NCBI RefSeq assembly: GCF_006345805.1
Contig: NW_021825920.1
Location: 1-14,110 of the forward strand
DNA from: Octopus sinensis
Lineage: Eukaryota
Length of the DNA stretch: 14,110 bases
Direction: 5' to 3'
The stretch's first letter is position 1. Each line of letters begins with the position of its first letter. The translations under genes were made by a program, and so were the position numbers. Under the pieces are notes generated by a model. The model searched no databases and was not told where the DNA came from. It saw only the letters and a program-made list of their open reading frames with translations. Shown piece after piece: positions 1 to 8,141 of this stretch.

Positions 1-338
1 GCCTTTAGTCGATCGAGCAAATCGACCCCAGGACTTATTCTTTGGATGCCTAGTATTTATTCTATCGGTTCTCTTGCCGAACCGATAAGTAACGGGGACG
101 TAAACGTACCACCATCGGTTGTCAAGCGATGTTGGGGGGAAACAGACACACACAAACACACACACATACATATACGAGGGGCTTCTTTCAGTTTCCGTCT
201 ACCAAATCCACTCACAAGGCTTTGGTCGGCCCGAGGCTATAGTAGAAGACACTTGCCCAAGGTGCCACGCAGTGGGACTGAACCCAGAACCATGTGGTTT
301 GTAAGCAAGCTACTTATCACACGGCCACTCCTACTCCT
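1..338 (-). mobile_element. SINE-A copy 1, tRNA-derived SINE, 3' end runs off the window
   Basis: Reverse complement aligns by eye with 6891-7270: head AGGAGTAGGAGTGGCCGTGTG, B-box GGGTTCAGTCCC, CCTTGGGCAAGTG motif, internal CA/TA tract at ~143-175. Confidence 0.93.
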
Positions 339-362
339 AGTTGTAGAAAATACGAAAATAAT

Positions 363-579
363 TGTTTCCAATTTTGACACAAGGCCGGCTGTTTTAGAGT
401 GACAGATTGATTGATTACAGCGATCCTAGTGATCAAGTGGTGTGTATTTTTATTAACCTCGAAAGGAAGAAAGGCCAAGTCAACCTCGGCCTAATTTGAC
501 CCCAGGTAATAAAAAGCTGGAAGAAATACCATCAGACATATACCCCGATGCGCTGACGGTTCTACCCACTCATCCCCTT
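363..579 (-). mobile_element. SINE-B, old diverged copy (tail type 1)
   Basis: Matches the other SINE-B copies: plus-strand TTTCCAATTTTGACACAAGGCC (tail), GAAAGGCCAAGTCAACCTCGGC (body), degenerate head near 560-579. Confidence 0.8.
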
Positions 580-711
580 AATAAAATACTAGAAGTAAAA
601 ACGAAGTTTTAAACAATATCGGGTGTTTTGCTATCTTGCGGCGTATAATTGTTTCTTCTTAGTTCTCCGTCAACAAACAAAGCGACAAGATTTTATGTTA
701 TTAGTATTCAA

Positions 712-1072
712 GAAACACATCCTAGTTGTCTGAGTCAATAAGATTATCACTCATACTCAGCGCTAATCTTATGAATAAATAACTCAAGCTATGCTCCGCT
801 GATGAAGCCATAAAATTGGATAAGAAACGATAACATTAACATTAACTTAACTATTATATTTGCATGCAGATTAAGTGTCTGCGTGGGCTACTCTATAAAC
901 AATTCCATTCTAACATGTCAACAGAGGTACAATCTAGTGTATTTATTGAGTAAAATTTCATCTGTATTTTAGAAAGTACATGTTTTGCTGATGAAGTCAG
1001 AATAATATCGAAACATCAAGAGTTGTCTCCTGTTGTTACCAGGAAAAAAGAAAACGAAAGGAGTGTTAGCTT
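712..1072 (+). ncRNA. Candidate cluster of degenerate hammerhead ribozyme motifs (Penelope-type)
   Basis: CTGATGA at 799-805 and 988-994, each followed by GAAAC (824-828, 1010-1014). GAAACA..AGTTGTC occurs at 712-730 and 1010-1027. Helices are imperfect. Confidence 0.45.
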
Positions 1073-1344
1073 TTGTTATATATATATTTTTAACCTTTCA
1101 ACACTTATTTCTAATTAAATTTTGAAATACCCCTCGCATTAAATATTTGCATATTAATTTAAAAAGCGTAAAGCTATGTATATTACAAATTTTGTGCCTT
1201 AAAAATCAACTTCCCTACCACATGCGCTCCAAATCAAACTTTATATATAGTTTTTTGTTTGTTTGTCTCTGCCCAACATCATAATCTTCGTTGTTTTGCT
1301 GCTGTGTTTTTAAAAACATCTGCTTATCCATCCAGCCATCGAAC

Positions 1345-1400
1345 TATGTATGTATGTATGTATGTATGTATGTATGTATGTATGTATGTATGTATGTGTG

Positions 1401-1434
<34 letters not shown>

Positions 1435-1496
1435 TGTATGTATGTATGTATGTATGTATGCATGTGTGTATGTATGTATGTATGTATGCATGTGTG

Positions 1497-1530
<34 letters not shown>

Positions 1531-1708
1531 TGTATGTATGTATGTATGTATGTATATATTCTATGTATGTATGTATGTATGTATGTATGTATGTATGTAT
1601 GTATGTATGTATGTATGTATGTATGTATGTATGTATGTTGTATGCATGTGTGTATATATGTATGTATGTATGTATGTATGTTGTATGTATGTATGTATGC
1701 ATGTGTGT

Positions 1709-1742
<34 letters not shown>

Positions 1743-1754
1743 TGCTGTTGTGTG

Positions 1755-1787
<33 letters not shown>

Positions 1788-1797
1788 TGCCGTGTTG

Positions 1798-1830
<33 letters not shown>

Positions 1831-1983
1831 TGTATGTATGTATGTATGTGTGTATGTATGTAGGTATGTATGTATGTATGTATGTATGTATGTATGCATG
1901 TGTGTATATATGTATGTATGTATGTATGTATGTGTGTATGTATGTATGTATGTATGTATGTATGTATGTATGTATGTATGTAT
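1345..1983. repeat. (TATG)n tetranucleotide microsatellite, ~640 bp, interrupted
   Basis: Read directly; recurring GCATGTGTG and TGTTG interruptions. Confidence 0.98.
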
Positions 1984-2245
1984 ATCTATCTCTCTCTATG
2001 TGTGTTTATATTAATATATACAAACACAGGCGCACATATGCAGTTATGGGTGTATGAAATTGATTAGAGGGATGTGAATAGGGAAAGGGTAGAAGTAGAT
2101 TAGTTCATTTTCAAAAGAGTGGGGGTAGTGTTAAGTACTTTCTGAAAGTGGGGAGAGTAAGAAATTGGAAATGTGTGTGAGAAAGAATAGGTGGGTAGTA
2201 TTTTTATATAGTAGGTTGCTAGGCTGACTTTGTCTTAGTTTAAGG

Positions 2246-2437
2246 TTATTTTGGGTAGAGATACTTAAAGTTATAGGAATACATAGATTTAGCAAAGTGA
2301 GTGAAAGATGAGTAGTACTTGTGTTTACAAGAATAAATCACATCAGAGAATCTATTAAGTAATGAGGAGTTGTGAAGGTAAAGAATGGTTAATGATTTGT
2401 TTAGGCATAACTTACACTTGCCGATGTTTGCATTGGG
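2246..2437 (-). mobile_element. Penelope-like retroelement fragment: C-terminus of the RT/GIY-YIG ORF; probable 3' UTR continues to ~2060
   Basis: Manual translation: PNANIGKCKLCLNKSLTILYLHNSSLLNRFSDVIYSCKHKYYSSFTHFAKSMYSYNFKYLYPK*. This fits the CxLCLxEKxxI..LLNxRxE..CRH pattern I recall at the end of Neptune-type PLE ORFs. Confidence 0.72.
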
Positions 2438-2439
2438 GG

Positions 2440-2597
2440 AAAGTCGATTACTCAGCCGCTACTTAGTTTATCGACCACGGAAGGATGAAAAGCAAAATCG
2501 ATATCGGCAAAATTTAAAATCAGAACGTAAAGACAAACGGAACAACACCAAGCATGTTGCCTGTATTTTGCCAGTGATTCTGCCAGCTCGCCGCTTT
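2440..2597 (-). mobile_element. SINE-B, tail-truncated copy
   Basis: Plus-strand TTTATCGACCACGGAAGGATGAAAAGC...GATTCTGCCAGCTCGCCGC matches 5800-5964. Confidence 0.88.
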
Positions 2598-2612
2598 AAC
2601 GTTAATAGTAGC

Positions 2613-2836
2613 AATAATAATCCTTTCTATTATAGGCACAAGGCATGAAATTTTGGGGATTGGGATTAGTCGATGACATCGACCCCAGCGCTCAACTGGT
2701 ACCTATTTTATCGACCCCCGAAGGATGAAAATTAAAGTCGACCAGGGCGGAATTTGAAATCAGAACGTAAAGACGGACGAAATGACGCTAAGCATTTTAT
2801 CCGGCGTCCTAACGATTCTACCAGTTCGCCGCCTTT
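2613..2836 (-). mobile_element. SINE-B, full length (tail type 2, short (ATT)n end)
   Basis: Plus-strand AATAATAATCCTTTCTATTATAGGCACAAGG tail, body ATCGACCCCCGAAGGATGAAA, head CCAGTTCGCCGCCTT. Confidence 0.92.
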
Positions 2837-2950
2837 CAAAAGTTGCCAGCATGTGGTTATGGAGAATCGAACTACCAACATCTCTGATACCGGCAAAGTG
2901 GTCTGTGCTGAGTGGCTTCGACATAATTCTTAATACTATTCAATTATGAA

Positions 2951-3158
2951 AAGGCGATGAGCTGGCAGAAACGTTAGCACACCGGGCCAAATGCTTAGCG
3001 GCATTTCGTCCGTCGTTATGTTCTGATTTCAAATTCCATGCTGTCGCTTTCGCCTTTCATCCTTCCGATAAAATCAATACCAATTAAACACTAGGATCGA
3101 CGTAATCGTCTTAATCCCTCCCCCGGAACGGCTAGCCTTGTGCCAAAATTTCAAAGCA
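2951..3158 (+). mobile_element. SINE-B, full length (tail type 1)
   Basis: AAGGCGATGAGCTGGCAGAAACGTTAGCAC head, GATTTCAAATTCC B-box-like motif, GCCTTTCATCCTTCC body, GCCTTGTGCCAAAATTTCAAA tail. Confidence 0.92.
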
Positions 3159-3177
3159 GTATACAATTGTAATAATA

Positions 3178-3617
3178 TACTCTTTGACTGCGGCCATGCT
3201 GGACCAGCGCCTTTTTAATCGAGCAACTCGACCCCGGAACTTATTCTTTTTGTAAGCCCAGTACTTATTCTATCGGTCTCTTTTTGCCGAACCGCTAAAT
3301 ATCGGGACATAAACTCACTAGCATCGGTTGTCAAGCAATGCTAGAGGGACAAACACAGACACACAAACACACACACACACACACACACCCACACACAAAA
3401 CACACCACACACACACATATATATATATAATATATATATAATATATATATATACCGACGGCTTCTTTCAGTTTCCGTCTACCAAATCCACTCACAAGGCT
3501 TTGGTAGGCCCGAGGCTATAGTAGAAGACACTTGCCCAGGGTGCCACAGCTTGGGACTGAACCCGGAACCATGTGGTTGGTAGACAAGCTACTTACCACA
3601 CAGCCACTCCTGCACCT
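3178..3617 (-). mobile_element. SINE-A copy 2
   Basis: Aligns to 11915-12340. Internal CA/TA tract ~3352-3453. Tail lacks the TACTTGTTTCAGTCA segment present in copy 4. Confidence 0.93.
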
Positions 3618-4109
3618 AAACCTCGAATGGCTATGTGAGTCCAGTAGAATAAAATAAGAATAAAAGAGAACCACAGGGGAAAAAAATGGCCGTGAAACAC
3701 AAATATACATATTATGTAAATCGTGTGAAACCATGTCTACAGAAATATGATGCAATACAGTAGAAAATAAAAAGCTAATTATCAAACACTGTAGAACTGT
3801 TTCTTTTTCCATCTTTCTTTTCGTTTATATATATTATATTATATTGTATCATATTATATTTTGTTTTATTGTGTCTAACACTCTTTCTGCTAAACTGTTT
3901 TGTCTGTCACACAATTATTTCACACAACTATGCTTATATAAAACCGTGAGACTGTTGGGGCTGTGCCGAAGTGTCAGCGTGTTAGCGAAAATCAGCGAAA
4001 AAATGCGGGTCTGAAAGTGTGAAAAAACTATAAATGCGGATATTTTTGTAAAGAAGTGTTATGTTCAAAAAGTGAATTGTGATACAAGTGTTTTTTATTA
4101 TTTTCTTTC

Positions 4110-4110
<1 letters not shown>

Positions 4111-4150
<40 letters not shown>

Positions 4151-4178
4151 GAAAGAAAATATAATAAAAAAACAGTTG

Positions 4179-4225
<47 letters not shown>

Positions 4226-4247
4226 ATATATGTACGTACATACACAC

Positions 4248-4297
<50 letters not shown>

Positions 4298-4517
4298 AAC
4301 ACATACATATATATGTATATATATATATTTATGTATATATGTTCTATATATATATACACATTTATATATTGTATGTATATATATATATATGCATGTATAT
4401 ATATATATACATACATACATATATATATATTATTTACATATTATATATATGTATAATATGTATATATATATATGTATATATATATACATGTATATATATA
4501 TATGTATATATATATAT

Positions 4518-4583
<66 letters not shown>

Positions 4584-4593
4584 CACACACACA
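4111..4593. repeat. Compound (TA)n/(CA)n/(TG)n microsatellite field
   Basis: Read directly. Confidence 0.96.
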
Positions 4594-4796
4594 TGGTCTT
4601 CTTCATCTTCGACTCCCTTATCCGCCATTACATTTACCACTCATCACTCGATGTTTTGATAATGAAATCGCATGTCATTATGTCTCAGAAAAAAAAAAAG
4701 AAAAAAAAATCAGTTATAAAAAAAAGCAAACGAACTAAAAAAGAAAATTCTGACACTTTTTTTTTTGTCAGTCTGTCTCGTCTCACCGTTTTCTGA

Positions 4797-5229
4797 ACAC
4801 ACATATACATATACGCACACAGCAGACACATATAAGTACGTGCATGTGTACACACACATACACACACACATATATATTTATGTGTGTGTATATGTATATA
4901 TCTAAACATCTATGTGTGCGTGTGCATGTGTATATATATATGCGTTTGTGTGTTAGTGTGCGTAGAATTTCATATATATTTTAGACTACTATTGCTGTTT
5001 TGTTGCATACATATTGTGTGTGTGTATGTGAGTGTGTGTGTATGTGAGTGTGTGTGTATGTGTATGTGTGTGTGTATATTACATGCATATATATATGTAT
5101 AGATATATTATGCATACACACGCAACATAGACAACCGCCTCCGCGCATGCTCACGCACACAGACACATACACTTATATAATATTTATATATATTTTTCAA
5201 AACTATTTTTGCTATTTTGTTGCACGTTC

Positions 5230-5276
<47 letters not shown>

Positions 5277-5332
5277 GGTATGTTTGTGTATGCTTGTGTG
5301 TGTGTATGTGTGTATGTATGTGCGTGTGTGTC
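4797..5332. repeat. Degenerate (CA)n/(TG)n/(TA)n low-complexity field
   Basis: Alternating purine-pyrimidine tracts with short spacers. Confidence 0.9.
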
Positions 5333-5447
5333 TATTGACCTCGAAACAATGTAAGGCAAAGTCGACCATGGATATATTTAAACTTTGAACTCAAACAGTA
5401 TTTGCACTTTGTCCGACGCGTTAACGATTCTGCCAGATCGCTACCTT
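5333..5447 (-). mobile_element. SINE-B 5' fragment, diverged
   Basis: Plus-strand AAGGCAAAGTCGACC...TTTGAACTC...AACGATTCTGCCAGATCGCTACCTT. Confidence 0.8.
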
Positions 5448-5448
5448 A

Positions 5449-5648
5449 ATAATAACAATAATACTGCTAGCGCAGGGCCTCAAATTTTAGGGTAGTGGGC
5501 TTGTCGAGAGCATCAACCACCCGGTGCTAATTTCATCGGTCCCGTAAGGCTGAAAGGCGTTGTCGACCTCGGTGGTATTTGAACTCAGAACCTAAAGATG
5601 GACAAAATGCCGCTAAATACCGACGTGCAGATTCTTCCAGTTTATCAC
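5449..5648 (-). mobile_element. SINE-B, diverged (tail type 2, (ATT)n end)
   Basis: Plus-strand AATAATAACAATAATA tail, GGCCTCAAATTTTAGGG, GTCGACCTCGGTGGTATTTGAACTCAGAAC. Confidence 0.8.
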
Positions 5649-5664
5649 GTCTCTGTCTCAGTTC

Positions 5665-6167
5665 GGAAGGACCAAAGGTTCTCCCAACCATTGGCTCATA
5701 ATATGGGTTTCCTAGAATCTGTGGTGTATATATATTTCTTTACTACCCACAAGAGGTTAAACACAGAGGAGACAAACAAGGACAGGCAAAGAGATTAAGT
5801 CGATTACATCGACACCAGTGCGTAAGCGGTACTTAATTTATCGACCCCGGAAGGATGAAAGGCAAAGTCGACCTCGGCGGAATTTGAACTCGGAACGTAA
5901 CGGCAGACGAAATACGGCAACACTTTTCGCCCGGCGTGCTAACGTTTCTGCCAGCTCGCCGCCTTCTGTGGTGTATATATTCCTCCCTGGACGGGGCGTC
6001 GGGACATTGCATGATTACTCATTTTTGCCAGCAGACTAAGTAGAATGGAGCAACGTGAAATGAAGGGTTTTGCTCAAGAACACAATGCGCTGCCCGGCCC
6101 AGATATCGAAACCACAGCGTTAGGATCATGAGTGTATCGGCCTACGCACTAAACCACGCGTCTCCGC
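5665..6167 (-). mobile_element. SINE-C, a third tRNA-derived SINE, split by a SINE-B insertion; 3' boundary approximate
   Basis: Minus strand reads GCGTGGTTTAGTG (A-box-like), GGTTTCGATATC (B-box-like), GTGTTCTTGAGCAAAACCCTTCATTT and CCCCGTCCAGGGAGG, all typical SINE body motifs. Single copy in the window. Confidence 0.72.
5734..5964 (-). mobile_element. SINE-B, young full-length copy (tail type 3) with 16-bp target-site duplication
   Basis: TCTGTGGTGTATATAT at both 5718-5733 and 5965-5980. Head AGGCGGCGAGCTGGCAGAAACG, B-box GAGTTCAAATTCC. Confidence 0.95.
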
Positions 6168-6169
6168 TT

Positions 6170-6194
6170 TACTACTGCTACTGCTACTACTACT

Positions 6195-6227
<33 letters not shown>

Positions 6228-6294
6228 CAGCACCACCAGCACCAGCACCACAACCACCACCACCGCTGCTACTACTACTACGACTACTACTACG

Positions 6295-6349
<55 letters not shown>

Positions 6350-6383
6350 TTATTACTACTACTACTACTACTACTACTACTAT
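6170..6383. repeat. (CTA)n microsatellite with embedded (CCA)/(GCA) block
   Basis: Read directly. Confidence 0.97.
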
Positions 6384-6392
6384 TGAACAGGT

Positions 6393-6597
6393 AAGGCGAC
6401 GACCGGGCAGAATGGTTTGGAGGCAGGACGAAATGCCGACTTTACGTTCTGAGTTCAAACCCCAACAACGTCGAGTTTGCCTTTCTTCCTCTCGGAATCG
6501 ATAAAATAAGAACCAGTCGAGCATTGGGGTCGATGTAATCAACTTACTCACACCTCTACCCCGAAATTGCTGGCCTTGTGCCAAAATCTGAAACCCA
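6393..6597 (+). mobile_element. SINE-B (tail type 1), diverged head
   Basis: ACGTTCTGAGTTCAAA, TGGGGTCGATGTAATCAACTT, GCTGGCCTTGTGCCAAAATCTGAAACC. Confidence 0.88.
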
Positions 6598-6711
6598 TGT
6601 GTATTGTACAGATAATTAGCTTTACTTTGTTGGCATGCAAGGGACCGGGTCGGAAAGGTCACGTGGTGGCTGCCTACTTGTCTTGGGATTATGTATGCAA
6701 CTATACACCTG

Positions 6712-6890
6712 CACATACACACACACACACACACACACGCACACCCACCCACGTCCACACGCACACACACTCATATACCCACGTCCACCCCCACACACCT
6801 ACAGAAATACACGCAAACTGACACACATGTATATGTGTATATATATAATATATATATATATATACTTATATATATATATATATATAATAT
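6712..6890. repeat. (CA)n then (TA)n microsatellite
   Basis: Read directly. Confidence 0.93.
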
Positions 6891-7316
6891 AGGCGTGGGA
6901 GTGGCTGTGTGGTAAGTAGCTTGCTTACCAACCACACGGTGCCGGGTTCAGTCCCACTGCGTGGCACCTTGGGCAAGTGACTTCTACTATAGCCTCGGGC
7001 CAACCAAAGCCTTGTGAGTGGATTTGGTAGACGGAAACTGTAAGAAGCCCGTCGTATATATGTATAATGTATATAATATATCTATATATATATATATATA
7101 TATGTATAGTTTGTGTGTCTGTGTTTGTCCCCCCAACATCACTTGACAACCGATGCTGGTGTGTTTACGTCCCCGTAACTTAGCGGTTCGGCAAAAGAGA
7201 CCGATAGAATAAGTACTAGGCTTACAATGAATAAGCTCTGGGGTCGATTTGCTCGACTAAAGGCGGTGGCTCAAGCATGGCCACAGTCAAATGACTGAAA
7301 CAAATAAAAAAAAAGA

Positions 7317-7319
<3 letters not shown>
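6891..7319 (+). mobile_element. SINE-A copy 3, full length
   Basis: A-box TGGCTGTGTGG 6902-6912, B-box GGGTTCAGTCCC 6944-6955, CORE-like CCTTGGGCAAGTG, internal TA/TG tract ~7055-7125, tail GACTGAAACAAATAAAAAAAAAGAGTA. Confidence 0.95.
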
Positions 7320-7367
<48 letters not shown>

Positions 7368-7481
7368 CCACACAACAACACACACACACATATATATATA
7401 TATATACATATATATATACATATATGTACGTATATGTATATATTCAAAGTATGCATATGTTGAAAATTTCATCTAACAGAT

Positions 7482-7529
<48 letters not shown>
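7320..7529. repeat. (TA)n/(CA)n microsatellites
   Basis: Two tracts separated by a ~45 bp spacer. Confidence 0.93.
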
Positions 7530-7531
<2 letters not shown>

Positions 7532-7832
7532 TTGTCGTTGTCATTGTGTAATTGATGATGTTGTTTAGCCTTCCGACTATACAATGACACAAAACGTAAT
7601 TTAAAATGAACCAAATTTTAATTGAACTCCATTGAAAAATACCGAAAGAAATTTGTAAAGTAACAGACTCCATGAATGAAGACGGTTTGTGAATTTCTTG
7701 AATCTGTCTATCGGTCGAGTGCTTCAGGTGAACGGAAAACGTTACTCTATATATAACAGGAAAACATAAGCAGAAATATTCAATAGTAAGTAGTTAATAG
7801 AAGTGCCTATAGTCAAAGAAATACGTCTGCTG

Positions 7833-7833
7833 T

Positions 7834-7894
<61 letters not shown>

Positions 7895-7921
7895 GCTCGC
7901 TGCTGCTGCTGTTGTTGTTGC
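7833..7921. repeat. (CTA)n-(GCT)n-(GTT)n compound trinucleotide tract at a SINE-B tail
   Basis: Read directly. Confidence 0.95.
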
Positions 7922-7924
7922 AAA

Positions 7925-8141
7925 TGGTTTCAAATTTTGGCGTAAGGCCAGCAATTTTCGAGCGAGCGGGTAAGGGGATGACATCGATTCCAGGGCTCAA
8001 CTGGAACTTATTTTATCGACCCTAAAACGATGGAAAGCAAAGCCGACCACGGTGGAATTTGAACTCAGAGCGAGAAGACAGATGAAACACGGCTAAGCAT
8101 GTCGTCCAACGTGCTAACAATTCTGCCAACTCACCTCCCTT
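7925..8141 (-). mobile_element. SINE-B, full length (tail type 1)
   Basis: Plus-strand GGTTTCAAATTTTGGCGTAAGGCCAGCAATTTT tail, GGAATTTGAACTCAGA, GCTAACAATTCTGCCAACTCACC head. Confidence 0.9.

Noticed and set aside
46-402. Similar ORFs at 46-402, 6925-7149 and 12099-12398 suggesting a gene family
   Set aside because: They are translations of SINE-A copies with inconsistent starts and stops.
1259-2067. Long MYVC-repeat ORFs
   Set aside because: Translation of the (TATG)n microsatellite, which lacks stops.
2845-2925. Possible minus-strand tRNA-like head (GTAGTTCGATTCTCC)
   Set aside because: B-box-like motif only, with no second copy or body to support it.
3765-3905. Minus-strand AAACAGTT..GTG..TTAG motifs faintly resembling 1010-1072
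   Set aside because: No CTGATGA core and similarity too short to support.
3940-4100. CpG-containing stretch with TATAAA as a promoter
   Set aside because: No downstream exon; motif expected by chance in AT-rich DNA.
3982-5369. YI/CV-rich ORFs
   Set aside because: Dinucleotide repeat artefacts.
6126-6770. Poly-L/poly-V ORFs (also poly-I at 11085-11541) resembling membrane proteins
   Set aside because: Trinucleotide microsatellites.
6891-6965. tRNA gene
   Set aside because: A and B boxes are present but there is no complete cloverleaf, and it continues into a SINE body.
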